Part shown: positions 1-9,987 of the stretch, piece after piece
Position numbering within the stretch: the stretch's first letter is position 1
Layout of the letters: every line of letters starts with the position of its first letter
Assembly (NCBI GenBank): GCA_964434115.1
Contig: CAYSSX010000006.1
Coordinates: 70,770-134,769 of the forward strand
Reading direction: 5' to 3'
DNA: 64,000 nucleotides
DNA from: an uncultured bacterium
GTDB lineage: Bacteria > Omnitrophota > Omnitrophia > Omnitrophales > Aquincolibacteriaceae
The notes under the pieces: generated by a model
The model's input: only the letters and a program-made list of their open reading frames with translations
The model's database searches: none
What the model was told of the DNA's origin: nothing
Position numbers and translations under genes: made by a program

Positions 1-64
1 TTATAGGGCGCATACCTTGACTTCCGGTTTAAATATGACTTTCTGATCAAGGAGATAGATTTTT

Positions 65-694
65 GTGCTAAAGGCAAAGGTTTATAGGCTGTGTCGAGCC
101 ATCATGATGCCAGGGATCCTGGTTTTTCTCTGGGGGCAAGGCATGGCGTTAGCGGATACAGGGGGGAACTCCTCAGCCGCTATAACCGTGGATGAGTCTT
201 ACCAGCTGCAGCCCGGAGACAGGCTGAGTATTAAAATCTATCCCGAAGACGAATATTTAAAGGGCGGTGATGTTGAGGTCAGCTCTGACGGGAATATTAC
301 ACTCCCGCTTGTAGGGAAAATAGCGGTCAGTGGTAAGACTGTTCTTGAGTCCGAGAAGGCCATAGCAGATGTTTTGGAAACGGATTATATTGTCGATCCT
401 CAGGTTGTGATCGAGGTCTTAAAATATCAGGCGGGCTCTTTTGTGCTTTTGGGGCAGGTCTCTAAACCGGGGACTTACAGCTTCCCGCCGGGGGATCTTA
501 AAATTACCCTGCTTCAAGCGGTTTCTATGGCCGGAGGATTTTCGGACATCGCCAATATTAAAAAGATTAAAGTGATGCGGAAAAAGACAGGTGAGGTTTT
601 TCAAGTGAATGCTGAAGAGATTATCAGCGGACAGAAGTCCGATGTCGATATTACAGCGGACGATGTAATCAACGTCAGCGAAAGCCGTTTTTAA
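65..694 (+). CDS. polysaccharide export protein (Wza/GumB/KpsD-like, Poly_export + SLBB)
   Basis: GTG start at 65 with AAGGAGA 9 nt upstream. N-terminal signal peptide (MMPGILVFLWGQGMALA). Motifs GNITLPLVGKIAVSGKT, VLLGQVSKPGTY and GDLKITLLQAVSMAGG are typical of outer-membrane polysaccharide export proteins. The next gene follows after 17 nt. Confidence 0.75.
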   Translation: MLKAKVYRLCRAIMMPGILVFLWGQGMALADTGGNSSAAITVDESYQLQPGDRLSIKIYPEDEYLKGGDVEVSSDGNITLPLVGKIAVSGKTVLESEKAIADVLETDYIVDPQVVIEVLKYQAGSFVLLGQVSKPGTYSFPPGDLKITLLQAVSMAGGFSDIANIKKIKVMRKKTGEVFQVNAEEIISGQKSDVDITADDVINVSESRF

Positions 695-711
695 AATCAG
701 CGCGGAGCAGC

Positions 712-2550
712 ATGACCAATTATAATCGGGCCGCCGGGGTTTACGGCGCCTATGAAACAGAAGATGTCGATAAGCCATTCGACTATAAGTACTATCTGTT
801 TCTCCTCAAGAAAAACTTCTATATCATTCTGACCTTCCTCGTGATCACCATCACGCTGACAGCGATTTATGTTGCCAAGATCCCCGATCAGTATGTGGCG
901 GCAGCGCAAGTCATTATTGAACGGCCGACCAATCTGACGATGGACGAGTCGACCACGACGGATATGCCGGCGCAAAGCTGGTCGGATGATTATTACAAAA
1001 CCCAGCTGGAAATTATGACAGGCCCGACCGTTCTTCGGCAGGTCGTTTCTGATTTAAAACTCACCAATTACTTTGAAAGTGAAGACGAAGAACATATCGC
1101 TGACCGGGTACGGAGCATGCTGACCGTCACCCAGATCAAGCAGAGCCGCCTTTTCAATATTCAGGTGGCATCGAATGATCCCAAGCTTGCGGCAAGTATT
1201 GCCAACGCAGTCGCCCGTTCCTATATCCGTAAGAACTTCGAGGATTCCCTTTATTATTCAAAGGAAATGCTTGCCTGGCTGCCTCAGCAGGGCGGGGCTA
1301 ACTCTGATGTTGTTACGATTGAGGATCCTTTTGGCAATGTGCGTCAAATTACGCGCGAGGATTTGATCGAAAGTCTTCCCACGATTCAAACCGACCCCAC
1401 AATCCGCAGTCTGAAAGAACGTAAAAACGCGCTTGAGTCAGAGTTGAAGCTGCTTTTGAAGCAGTATCGCGAAAAGCACCCCAAGATCGTGAAGGCGCGC
1501 TCAACCTTGAAATTTCTTGATGAGAGTATCGAAGCAGAAAAAAAGAGGATTGTTGACGGGTTAAAGACCCGCATGCAGGGAACCATGCAGACCAGCCATG
1601 GACGCGTGATTGAGGAAGCGTCACCTCCGGATAAGCCTGTGGGGCCCAACCGGCTGAAGCTGATCGGGATCGTCGTTTTGGGCGAGCTTTTTCTCAGCCT
1701 CCTGCTTATTTTTCTTTTCGATTATTTTGATGACACGATTCATTCCATGGAGGACCTGGAACGGAAGGGCGTCATTCTGCCTTTCCTCGGCCCCGTGGCT
1801 CTTTTAAAAGATAAAAAGCCTAATTATGATGATAAGACTCTCGTTGTTTACCATGACCGGAACGCCGAGATCACAGAGTCGTTCCGGTACCTGCGTGTCG
1901 CGATCAATTTCTCGGCCCCTCCGGAGTCTCTTAAAAACCTCATTTTGACCAGTTGCTTGCCGCATGAAGGTAAATCATTTATTAATCACAACATTGCGGC
2001 ATCCCTTGCCCTCGACGGTAATAAAACCTTGCTGGTGGACTGCGATTTGCGCCGTCCGGTTGTTCACCGGCAGTTCAAAATCGATAACAGTACAGGGTTG
2101 TCCAACTTTCTAACGAGCAGTGTTGATTTTGAGACGATTCTAAAGCCCTCTTATGTCGAAAACCTCACCATTGTTCCCAGCGGTCCTGTTTCGCCCAACC
2201 CCGCTGAAATTCTGGGTTCTGACCGGATGCGTTTTTTCCTGGAAGAGGCGCGTAAGCGATTTGATCGCATTATCATTGATTCTCCTCCACTCACCGGGCT
2301 TGGAGACACCTTCGTGGTCGGAAACCTAGTCGGCCATGTGATTCTTGTGGTTGCCGCAGCCCGGACACCCTCCGATCTCATCAAACGTATTCAGGCGCAG
2401 CTCGAAAAATCAGGGATCAAAATTATTGGCGTCATCTTGAACCAAGTTGATATGGATAAAGAGCGTCTTGGAGGGTACTCCAAGCATTATTACCACACCT
2501 ATAACCGTTACTACAGACGGGATGATCAGGCAGAGGAAACGCCTAAATGA
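712..2550 (+). CDS. Wzc-like polysaccharide co-polymerase / BY tyrosine autokinase (chain length determinant + CpsD-like ATPase)
   Basis: Two TM segments flank a Wzz-like, coiled-coil-rich periplasmic region. A C-terminal P-loop domain carries Walker A-like LPHEGKS. The tail is tyrosine-rich (YSKHYYHTYNRYYRR). The stop overlaps the next start (ATGA). Confidence 0.75.
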   Translation: MTNYNRAAGVYGAYETEDVDKPFDYKYYLFLLKKNFYIILTFLVITITLTAIYVAKIPDQYVAAAQVIIERPTNLTMDESTTTDMPAQSWSDDYYKTQLEIMTGPTVLRQVVSDLKLTNYFESEDEEHIADRVRSMLTVTQIKQSRLFNIQVASNDPKLAASIANAVARSYIRKNFEDSLYYSKEMLAWLPQQGGANSDVVTIEDPFGNVRQITREDLIESLPTIQTDPTIRSLKERKNALESELKLLLKQYREKHPKIVKARSTLKFLDESIEAEKKRIVDGLKTRMQGTMQTSHGRVIEEASPPDKPVGPNRLKLIGIVVLGELFLSLLLIFLFDYFDDTIHSMEDLERKGVILPFLGPVALLKDKKPNYDDKTLVVYHDRNAEITESFRYLRVAINFSAPPESLKNLILTSCLPHEGKSFINHNIAASLALDGNKTLLVDCDLRRPVVHRQFKIDNSTGLSNFLTSSVDFETILKPSYVENLTIVPSGPVSPNPAEILGSDRMRFFLEEARKRFDRIIIDSPPLTGLGDTFVVGNLVGHVILVVAAARTPSDLIKRIQAQLEKSGIKIIGVILNQVDMDKERLGGYSKHYYHTYNRYYRRDDQAEETPK

Positions 2551-4508
2551 CGCGCCTCCTGCGAGAAATTCTCAAAGTCTACCTTTGTTCGAGTGCGGTC
2601 CTTTTTTTGCTTTCCTTGTCGAGTTTGACTCCGCAAGTTTCTATGCTTTTGCAGGGCTTGACCTTTCCGGCTCTGGCAATGCTTTGCATCCTCAGGGTGT
2701 TTTCTCCGCCTAGAATTTCAAGAAGCCTGCTGTTTCCCTGGCTTGTAACTCTTCTGCTTTGGTTTTGTTTTCAGCAGGCTGCCATTATGCTTGCGATTCC
2801 TCCTTTTGAAGTGTCTTCCAACTGGCGGACATGGGTTGATTTCTTTTCTCTCTTTATGACGGCTGCGGCCTATGCCTTGGTGGCAGAAGAAATTTTCTCA
2901 GACCGGGAGGATCTGTATTCTTTTTTGAAATTCTTCGTTTTTTCATCCGGCTGCTGCGCGGTTTATTTCATTTTTCTTTTTTACACCTGCGGAGTTGCTG
3001 TTGAAAAAATTCAGCCCCCTTTCGTTTTGCTTGAGCATTTGGGTCCCCTGGGTGCATTAAGTCTTCAGCCCAATAACCTTGTGGATCTTTTTGTCCCGCC
3101 GCTTTTCTTCGGGCTGGCACTTGTTTTTTATCATCACCGCCGAAAACTGCATTTTTCAGACCCCTCCCGGGCTTATACGGAAATTGTTTTGAACCTTTGC
3201 TTTGCCTGCGTTCTTTTAGCAGGTGTTTTCTATACAAAGTCACGTGCCGGAATCATCGCCTTTTTGGGAGGATTCGTTTTTTTTGCAGTCCTTTTTGCGC
3301 TCGCACAGCGGCGCCGAAAAGGGACCTGGAAAATCGTGGCCCTTGTATTTGTTGCGGGGCTTGTCTTTCTCAGCACGCTGGGGATGAAGGATGTCTTTCA
3401 TGAATTGATGACGCTGAAAGAAACATTCTCCCGCGAAGCCCAAATTAAAGGGCTTAGGTCTTTGACCATGGGTGCCAGCTGGCAGCTTGTTGTTGAAAAA
3501 GGATTTTGGGGAGTGGGGCTTGGCAATTTTCCTATGGGATGGCTGCTCTTCCATAAACATCCTTTTACTGTTTACCCCTATCGGTCTTACAACGATTTAC
3601 TCTGGTTCTGGGCCGAGACTGGACTTCCCGGGCTTTTTATTCTTTTAGGCCTCTTGCTGAAGGGGTTCGTTTCAGCCTTTAAGAGCATTCTCAGATCGCA
3701 GAGTAGTTTTGTCGCCTATTTAGCTTCGGCCTGCCTAGCTTCGATCAGTGTTTTTACTCTTCATGCCGTAGTCGATCCAACACTTTATGTGAATACTCTT
3801 TTATGGCAGATTGCGATTGTTTTGGGTGTGATAGGCGCCCTTAGGCATTTGGAAGCAGAAGAAACCCGCGACAAAAGACTGGGAATTCCCAAACATGGGA
3901 ACCCGCTGCTGAGAGCCACTATGGCAATCGCTCTTTTATTCATGGCAGCTCCCGTGACTTATTTTTCTTGCACCCGTCTTATGGCTTTGAGCATGGTTTC
4001 GTCCGAGGAAATCAATGTCGCAAACCTTGAAAAGGTAACACGCCTCGAGATTACGAGTTCATTCTATCCACGTCAGCTGGCCTTAGCTTATGCCCAGCAG
4101 TACGCTCAGGATCCTTCTAAAAAAGCGGTGCTGGATCAAGCGGTAAAGGCTATGGATGCTGCGATCGAACGTGATCCGTTTAATGTTTCGCTGTATCGTG
4201 GCAGGGCAGAGCTTTTTGGGGCTGCAGGCGACATGAAAAACGCCGAACAATCGCTTCGCATGATGGAAGAGCGGCTCCCCAATTTCTATTTAGGGGCTAT
4301 TGCTGCCATGGCGTTTTACCTGGATGAATCGCTCAAGGAAAAAGATGCCGTTAAGGCCAACCGGTATAAAGCGCAAGCTCTAAGGCAGTACCTTCGGGCT
4401 CTAGAGCTGAACCCGCGATTAATTAAGTACTTTGAGCTTTACCCAAGTCTTTCCGAAGATGCGCAGCAGGCTTTGCAGGCCCTTTTGGAGGAAAAAAGCC
4501 TGTCCTGA
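2547..4508 (+). CDS. O-antigen ligase/Wzy_C-family polytopic membrane protein with C-terminal TPR-like domain
   Basis: ATGA-coupled to the Wzc-like gene. Roughly 10-12 hydrophobic helices. There is a large periplasmic loop after a GASWQLVVEKGFWGVGLGNF segment, as in WaaL/Wzy_C proteins. The last ~200 aa are a soluble helical repeat (TPR-like) region. Confidence 0.6.
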   Translation: MTRLLREILKVYLCSSAVLFLLSLSSLTPQVSMLLQGLTFPALAMLCILRVFSPPRISRSLLFPWLVTLLLWFCFQQAAIMLAIPPFEVSSNWRTWVDFFSLFMTAAAYALVAEEIFSDREDLYSFLKFFVFSSGCCAVYFIFLFYTCGVAVEKIQPPFVLLEHLGPLGALSLQPNNLVDLFVPPLFFGLALVFYHHRRKLHFSDPSRAYTEIVLNLCFACVLLAGVFYTKSRAGIIAFLGGFVFFAVLFALAQRRRKGTWKIVALVFVAGLVFLSTLGMKDVFHELMTLKETFSREAQIKGLRSLTMGASWQLVVEKGFWGVGLGNFPMGWLLFHKHPFTVYPYRSYNDLLWFWAETGLPGLFILLGLLLKGFVSAFKSILRSQSSFVAYLASACLASISVFTLHAVVDPTLYVNTLLWQIAIVLGVIGALRHLEAEETRDKRLGIPKHGNPLLRATMAIALLFMAAPVTYFSCTRLMALSMVSSEEINVANLEKVTRLEITSSFYPRQLALAYAQQYAQDPSKKAVLDQAVKAMDAAIERDPFNVSLYRGRAELFGAAGDMKNAEQSLRMMEERLPNFYLGAIAAMAFYLDESLKEKDAVKANRYKAQALRQYLRALELNPRLIKYFELYPSLSEDAQQALQALLEEKSLS

Positions 4509-4545
4509 CGGGCTTTTGAAGGCTTTGGGGCCAGGGTGGGACTTC

Positions 4546-4574
4546 TTGACTTTCCCGTCCACGGACGGCATAAT
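4546..4574 (+). promoter_or_regulatory. sigma70-like promoter (TTGACT-17-CATAAT) upstream of cysteine desulfurase gene, with 6-bp inverted repeat CCGTCC..GGACGG (4555-4568) in the spacer
   Basis: -35 TTGACT at 4546-4551 and -10 CATAAT at 4569-4574 with a 17-nt spacer. The inverted repeat lies within the spacer. Confidence 0.45.
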
Positions 4575-4647
4575 ATTCCGCTAATTCCCTCGATCTCGTA
4601 ACTCATGACCAATTAAATACTTCCGTTTAGGAGTTCTTTTTTTACCC

Positions 4648-5841
4648 ATGTCAAAAAGCTATTATTGTGATTACAACGCTACGACGCCTATTGCCGAAGA
4701 AGTTTTCCGCGCGATGGAGCCCTATTTGAGAACTCATTTTGGCAATCCCTCCAGTTTGCATCACTTGGGCCGTGGTCCAGCCAAAGCCATTCGCGAGTCC
4801 CGGAAGAAAGTTGCGGAACTCTTGGGGGCGGCCGATGACCGGGAAATCCTGTTTACAAGCTGCGGTACAGAGAGTAACAGCACGGCGGTTTATGCGGCGC
4901 TTCAAGCCCTGCCTGAGCGCAAGCGTATTATTACGAGTTCGGTGGAGCACTCCAGCATCCGAAAACTTTTCCGCCATTTAGGGAAAAAAGGGTATGAGGT
5001 TTTTGAAATTGGAGTCAGCGCGCAGGGTTTTCTCCTGATGGATGAACTGAAGCGGGTCTTGAATGATCAAACCGCTATTGTGTCGCTGATGCTTGCCAAC
5101 AATGAAACCGGAGTCCTTTTTCCTGTGGATGAGATTGGTGCTTTGGTCAAATCCAAGGGTGCTTTTTTTCATGTGGACGCGGTTCAGGCTGTTGGAAAGC
5201 ATAAGCTTAATGTTAAGGCGAGTGCGATTGATTTTCTTTCTGTTTCGGCCCATAAGCTTTACGGTCCCAAAGGGGTCGGTGCTCTCTACCTTAAGCCAGG
5301 GACACCGTATCAGTCTTTTCTGATAGGCGGCGGCCAGGAACGCGGGCGGCGAGCAGGGACTGAAAATGTTGCGGGAATTGTCGGGCTTGGGGCTGCTTGC
5401 GCACTCGCGTTAAGTGATTTAGATCAAGAGATTGCAAGGCTTCGGAAAGTCCGTCAACTGTTTGAGACCACCGTGTGTGATCAAAATCATGGTGTTACAG
5501 TCAACGGGGATATCAACCGCCGTATTCCGACCACCAGCAATCTTCGCTTTTCAGGAATCGACGGGGAAGCCTTCATGATGGCTCTTGACCAGCGAGGGAT
5601 TTGTGCTTCGAGCGGCTCAGCCTGTTTGAGCGGCTCACCGGAACCATCCCATGTTTTAAAAGCGATGGGCCTCACCGACGAAGAAGCGAACGCCTCTCTT
5701 CGTTTCAGTTTCGGCCGGTTCATTACGGAGGAAGACGTTCTTCATGTGGCCGCGGTCATCCGTGAAACCCTTCAATATTTTCGCGATCTTGAAAAAGGAC
5801 AGGCTGTTCGATCCGCAGGAAAGGCGGTTTCGGGATCATGA
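4648..5841 (+). CDS. cysteine desulfurase (NifS/IscS family, class V aminotransferase)
   Basis: PLP-lysine region SVSAHKLYGPKGVGALYLK. Catalytic Cys loop SSGSACLSGSPEPSHVLKAMG. Full-length 397 aa. Confidence 0.85.
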   Translation: MSKSYYCDYNATTPIAEEVFRAMEPYLRTHFGNPSSLHHLGRGPAKAIRESRKKVAELLGAADDREILFTSCGTESNSTAVYAALQALPERKRIITSSVEHSSIRKLFRHLGKKGYEVFEIGVSAQGFLLMDELKRVLNDQTAIVSLMLANNETGVLFPVDEIGALVKSKGAFFHVDAVQAVGKHKLNVKASAIDFLSVSAHKLYGPKGVGALYLKPGTPYQSFLIGGGQERGRRAGTENVAGIVGLGAACALALSDLDQEIARLRKVRQLFETTVCDQNHGVTVNGDINRRIPTTSNLRFSGIDGEAFMMALDQRGICASSGSACLSGSPEPSHVLKAMGLTDEEANASLRFSFGRFITEEDVLHVAAVIRETLQYFRDLEKGQAVRSAGKAVSGS

Positions 5842-6872
5842 GCCTTGACCCCGTGCTGCGAGATCAACTTTTGTCGGCGCTTCGCGGCGTCAAAGATCCT
5901 GAACTAAACCGGGACCTTGTGGCTCTCGGAATGGTCAAGGATCTGCAGGCGGAATCGGGCCATGTTTTTGTTCAGCTGGAGCTTCTCGGCGGAGGGAATC
6001 CCGCAGCAAAAGAAGCGATCAAGGCCCGCGTTATTGGGGCTCTTAAAGGGATCGCGGGAGTGAGCGAAGTCACCGTGCAGTTTTCTATTCCCGAAAAGAA
6101 AAGCGCCTCCTTTCAGACCAAGGCGCCGATCTCCGGTATACGGCATGTGATTGCTGTTGCCAGCGGTAAGGGCGGCGTTGGAAAGACGACAGCGTCTGTG
6201 AACCTTGCCCTTGCTTTGGCCGCACAGGGTAACAAAGTGGGGCTGATGGACGGTGACATCTACGGCCCAAACGTTCCGCTGATGCTTGGCGTTTCTGCGG
6301 ATGCCAGGCCCAAGGTCAGCCCTGAAGGGAAGATCATTCCTATCGAAGCCCAGGGCCTCAAAATGATTTCTATGGGGGTTCTTGTCCCGGCGGATCAACC
6401 CATGGTGTGGCGCGGACCCATGCTCCATAGTGCCGTGACTCAGTTTGTTCAAAAGGTGGATTGGGGTGTCTTGGATTTTCTTTTAGTGGATCTTCCTCCG
6501 GGAACCGGGGATGTTCAGCTCTCGCTTGTGCAAACCGTTTCTTTGACAGGCGCCGTGATTGTGACAACGCCTCAGGAAGTTGCTTTGATGGATGTTCGTA
6601 AAGGAATCCTGATGTTCCAGAAGACAGAAGTACCCATTTTAGGAGTCCTTGAAAACATGACTGGCGAAGTTTTCGGACGCGGAGGCGGCTCGTCCGCAGC
6701 GGCGCAGTTTAAAGTGCCTTTTCTGGGGGAAATCCCGCTGGATGCGGTCATCCGTACCGGAGGAGATTCCGGGCGCCCCGTTTTTCTTTCTGCTCCTGAA
6801 AGCGCTGCGGCCGAAGCCTTTCGTCACGCAGCAGAGGTCCTTGTTGAAAATCTTGCGAAAGCGATGGTCTAA
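5838..6872 (+). CDS. mrp: Mrp/ApbC/NBP35-family iron-sulfur cluster carrier ATPase with N-terminal DUF59/MIP18 domain
   Basis: ATGA-coupled to the desulfurase gene. Deviant Walker [17 protein letters not shown]-containing Mrp core. N-terminal ~90 aa DUF59-like domain. Confidence 0.85.
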   Translation: MSLDPVLRDQLLSALRGVKDPELNRDLVALGMVKDLQAESGHVFVQLELLGGGNPAAKEAIKARVIGALKGIAGVSEVTVQFSIPEKKSASFQTKAPISGIRHVIAVASGKGGVGKTTASVNLALALAAQGNKVGLMDGDIYGPNVPLMLGVSADARPKVSPEGKIIPIEAQGLKMISMGVLVPADQPMVWRGPMLHSAVTQFVQKVDWGVLDFLLVDLPPGTGDVQLSLVQTVSLTGAVIVTTPQEVALMDVRKGILMFQKTEVPILGVLENMTGEVFGRGGGSSAAAQFKVPFLGEIPLDAVIRTGGDSGRPVFLSAPESAAAEAFRHAAEVLVENLAKAMV

Positions 6873-6876
6873 GACG

Positions 6877-7494
6877 ATGCCCCATACGGACGATGAATTT
6901 TCATTACCCACGGATTTTCACGACGTCGAAAAAATCGACAAAATGCAGGGAAATGTCCATGAACTTCTCAGCCTCCTGGGAGAAAATCCGGAAAGGGAAG
7001 GCCTGCTTAAAACACCCATTCGCGTGGCCCATTCTCTTTCCTATTTGACGCGCGGCTATTCTCAAGATATCAACGAGGTTTTAAACGGCGCGATCTTTAA
7101 CGAAGCTTATGACGAAATGGTTGTGGTTAAAGACATCAATCTTTTCTCTCTCTGCGAACATCATCTGCTGCCTTTTTACGGCAAGGCGCACGTCGCTTAC
7201 ATCCCAAACGGAAAAATTATCGGGCTTAGTAAAATTCCCCGTGTTGTGGACGTTTTTGCCAAGCGTCTTCAGGTTCAGGAGCGTCTGACGAGTCAGATTG
7301 CGGATTGCCTTATGAAGGCTTTAAACCCGAGAGGGGTGGCTGTGGTGATCGAAGCGCTCCACCTTTGTATGGCCATGCGCGGGGTGGAAAAAACAAACTC
7401 TTCTACCGTGACAAGTGCAATGCTTGGAACCTTTCGCGAATGCGAAAGAGCGAGAATGGAATTTCTTAGTTTTATAGGAAAACGAGCGGGTTAA
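6877..7494 (+). CDS. folE: GTP cyclohydrolase I
   Basis: ATG at 6877 inside the longer track ORF 6742-7494. FolE signature region [50 protein letters not shown]. Confidence 0.9.
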   Translation: MPHTDDEFSLPTDFHDVEKIDKMQGNVHELLSLLGENPEREGLLKTPIRVAHSLSYLTRGYSQDINEVLNGAIFNEAYDEMVVVKDINLFSLCEHHLLPFYGKAHVAYIPNGKIIGLSKIPRVVDVFAKRLQVQERLTSQIADCLMKALNPRGVAVVIEALHLCMAMRGVEKTNSSTVTSAMLGTFRECERARMEFLSFIGKRAG

Positions 7495-8544
7495 TCAGGC
7501 TTCGGCGGGTTGATTTCCACGGCTTTCCAGCTCTTGCAGCCGCTTCCTCAATAACTTAATCTCATCAAACATTTCAGCGGAACGAAGCTGCGCAGCAATC
7601 TGTCTGCGGGCTTCCGCGTAGGGCCGTGCGGGTTCTCCAAAAACAATTTGTTTCGCAGGAACTTTTTTACCGCTTGGAAAACCTGAACCCGCGCCCACCA
7701 TCGTCCAGTCGCCGATTTCCACATGATCGCCAAGTCCGACTTTACCGCCCATGGTGACAAAAGCGCCGACTTTTGAACTTCCTGATATACCGGTTTGAGC
7801 GGAGATGACCGTGTGGCGGCCGATGCTCACGTTATGGCCGATTTGAACGAGGTTATCAATTTTGGCGCCCTCACAGATACGGGTGCAGCCAATCGTTGCA
7901 CGGTCAATGGTCGTGCAAGCACCAATTTCAACGCGGTCTTCAATCACCACATACCCCACCTGCGGAACCTTTTCTTGCCCGTTCGGGGTTGTCACATAGC
8001 CAAACCCATCCGCTCCAATGACGGATCCGGCATGGATGACGACGTCGTTTCCGACCTGGCAGTGATCATAAATTTTGACACCGGAATGAAGGATGGAGTT
8101 TTTGCCGACCTTGGCGTTTTCGCCGATGAAAGTCTGCGCCCGAAGGACCGTGCCATCGCCCACTTCCGCACCCTCTGCGACGTAGACAAAAGCCTCAATC
8201 GTAGCGCCCTTACCAATACGAGCGGTAGGCGCAATATAAGCCTGATCAGAAACTTTGCCGGAAAAGGGGATCGGAGGGAAAAACTTCCTGAGTAACTTTG
8301 CCCAGGCCAATTTGGGATCTGCGGCCTGAATCAGGGGTTTAGAAGAGGCCGTGATTTTAGGAGAAACGATAAGACAAGCAATATTCGAATCTTCCAGTTT
8401 TTTGATAATCGCCGGCGTCAGGGCAAAAGTAATATGTCTCTCGAGGGGAGCTTCACTATTGGTAATCCCCGTAATCTTAAGATCGGGGTCTCCAATAACA
8501 GTACCTTGGATGAGTTGAGCGACTTCCTTAAGGGATAATTCCAT
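7495..8544 (-). CDS. lpxD: UDP-3-O-(3-hydroxyacyl)glucosamine N-acyltransferase
   Basis: N-terminal LpxD-specific domain followed by a long left-handed beta-helix of hexapeptide repeats and a C-terminal helix. 349 aa. Convergent with folE with no spacer. Confidence 0.85.
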   Translation of the reverse strand: MELSLKEVAQLIQGTVIGDPDLKITGITNSEAPLERHITFALTPAIIKKLEDSNIACLIVSPKITASSKPLIQAADPKLAWAKLLRKFFPPIPFSGKVSDQAYIAPTARIGKGATIEAFVYVAEGAEVGDGTVLRAQTFIGENAKVGKNSILHSGVKIYDHCQVGNDVVIHAGSVIGADGFGYVTTPNGQEKVPQVGYVVIEDRVEIGACTTIDRATIGCTRICEGAKIDNLVQIGHNVSIGRHTVISAQTGISGSSKVGAFVTMGGKVGLGDHVEIGDWTMVGAGSGFPSGKKVPAKQIVFGEPARPYAEARRQIAAQLRSAEMFDEIKLLRKRLQELESRGNQPAEA

Positions 8545-8631
8545 TGGGCGGTAAGTATAACGGCCTACCTATCCGTTGTCAACGAAAGGGCTTAGAAAGG
8601 TCAGGAAGGGGATAAAGAATTGCTAGCTTTT

Positions 8632-8660
8632 TTGATTAAAAGAGAGTCGTTGGGTATACT
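8632..8660 (+). promoter_or_regulatory. sigma70-like promoter TTGATT-17-TATACT upstream of the 8705 small gene
   Basis: -35 TTGATT at 8632-8637 and -10 TATACT at 8655-8660 with a 17-nt spacer. AAGGAG SD lies before the ATG at 8705. Confidence 0.5.
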
Positions 8661-8704
8661 TTTTTTAAGTTAAAAAAGAGGCATTACCAACCAAGGAGTC
8701 TTTT

Positions 8705-8920
8705 ATGGCTATTGATCAGGCTGAAATGAAGAAATATGAGGAAGAGCTTAAAGGTTTGGTCCAGCGTCAACAGGAGGAGTTGAAGCAAAAAACCAACCCT
8801 CTCTTCGCAAAAATGCATGATATGTCCCCAGAAGAGATGAAAGAGCTTAAGGAAGAGCTGCTTAAAGTTTATGAGGTCCAGAAACGGGAGCTCGCCAGCA
8901 AGTATGGGGTTCAGGTTTAA
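8705..8920 (+). CDS. small hypothetical coiled-coil protein (71 aa, Glu/Lys-rich)
   Basis: Strong SD (AAGGAG) and promoter upstream. Heptad-like EELK repeats. No recognisable family. Followed by a 7-bp stem hairpin at 8967-8983. Confidence 0.45.
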   Translation: MAIDQAEMKKYEEELKGLVQRQQEELKQKTNPLFAKMHDMSPEEMKELKEELLKVYEVQKRELASKYGVQV

Positions 8921-9025
8921 GCTTTCTAGAAGAAGTCTTCTGTTGGGCCGTCACCGGCCTTGTCCCAAGGGGAGAGTCCCCTTATAATAAAGAACTTATC
9001 CCTTAAGTTTAAGGAAAGGTTCTTT

Positions 9026-9310
9026 ATGCCGACTTATGATTATCGCTGTGAAACCTGCGATTTGACTTTTGAACATGTCCAGCCGATGTCGTCTAAGCCA
9101 TTGAAGAAGTGTCCCCAATGCGGCAGTAAAGTGGAACGGCTTTTAAGCGGGGGGGCGGGGGTTATTTTTAAAGGTACGGGTTTTTACCAAACGGACTATC
9201 GCGCCAGCAAGGAAAAGCCTCAGGCTGCAAAACCCCCTGCCAAGGAAGCGCCTGCTTGCGGTTCCGGTGCGTGCAAACAGCCCGATGTCTGTGCCCCTTC
9301 CGGGAACTAA
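9026..9310 (+). CDS. FmdB-family zinc-ribbon protein
   Basis: Starts MPTYDYRCETCDLTFEHVQPMS...CPQCGS, the canonical FmdB CxxC-CxxC ribbon. The track ORF begins at 8960, but the conserved family start is the ATG at 9026. A TATAAT box sits at 8983-8988. Confidence 0.7.
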   Translation: MPTYDYRCETCDLTFEHVQPMSSKPLKKCPQCGSKVERLLSGGAGVIFKGTGFYQTDYRASKEKPQAAKPPAKEAPACGSGACKQPDVCAPSGN

Positions 9311-9376
9311 TTTTTCCAGAAAAATGGCGCAAGGCATTTCATCGTTTTAGAAGAATTTTTATAAAAGCGGGGAAGC

Positions 9377-9970
9377 ATGAGTCTTGTAAACAGGGCAGGA
9401 CATAGCACTTTAAGAACAGGCCTGTTTATTTTATTCGCGGCGCTTATAGCCTTGAGTTCAACAGGGTGTTCCAAAAAGAACGGCATTAACCGGAAATATT
9501 ACCGCCCGGGAAAAGTGATGACCGAGGCTCATTTTGTAGACGGGAAACCTCACGGGAAGACAACCGTTTATTATGAAAACGGGAAAGTGAAAGAGGAAAC
9601 AGAGTTTGTCCATGGGAAAAAGGAAGGCATCAGTAAAGCTTACTATGACACTGGGACAATCGAGGCCGAGGTTGAGTACCATAACGGAAGAACGCACGGA
9701 ACCACCCGCCAGTATTATACGAATAAAAAACTGAAGTCCGTGCTTCTCTACAAAGATGGGAAGATGGAAGGTCTGAGCAAATGGTATCACCCTAACGGCA
9801 AACTGCAGGCCGAAAGCTATTATCACTTGGGGCTGCGCGAAGGAACCACCAAGGGGTACAACGAAGATACCGGGCAGGTTGTTTTTGTCGAAGAGTATAA
9901 AAAAGATAAGAAAATCCTTCGCAAAGAGTATGATTTCGAAAATAAGGTTTCCTCGGCAGAGCATTTCTGA
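9377..9970 (+). CDS. MORN-repeat lipoprotein (YwqK-like antitoxin/immunity-type repeats)
   Basis: Signal peptide ending in lipobox-like LSSTGC. Repeated YYENGKVKEE.EFVHGKKEG / YHNGRTHG / YKDGKMEG / YHPNGKLQAE units typical of the YwqK/MORN-variant family. Confidence 0.65.
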   Translation: MSLVNRAGHSTLRTGLFILFAALIALSSTGCSKKNGINRKYYRPGKVMTEAHFVDGKPHGKTTVYYENGKVKEETEFVHGKKEGISKAYYDTGTIEAEVEYHNGRTHGTTRQYYTNKKLKSVLLYKDGKMEGLSKWYHPNGKLQAESYYHLGLREGTTKGYNEDTGQVVFVEEYKKDKKILRKEYDFENKVSSAEHF

Positions 9971-9987
9971 TTCAGGAGAAAGCCCCT

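Noticed and set aside
2447-2713. 88-aa ORF across the Wzc/ligase junction
   Set aside because: It overlaps two well-supported coupled genes in a third frame.
6742-6876. 5' extension of the FolE ORF overlapping the mrp 3' end
   Set aside because: The FolE homology begins at the ATG at 6877. The extension is read-through in another gene's coding region.
8960-9025. N-terminal 22 codons of track ORF 8960-9310
   Set aside because: The FmdB family start (MPTYDYRCETC) is the ATG at 9026. The extension overlaps a hairpin and a TATAAT box and has no RBS.
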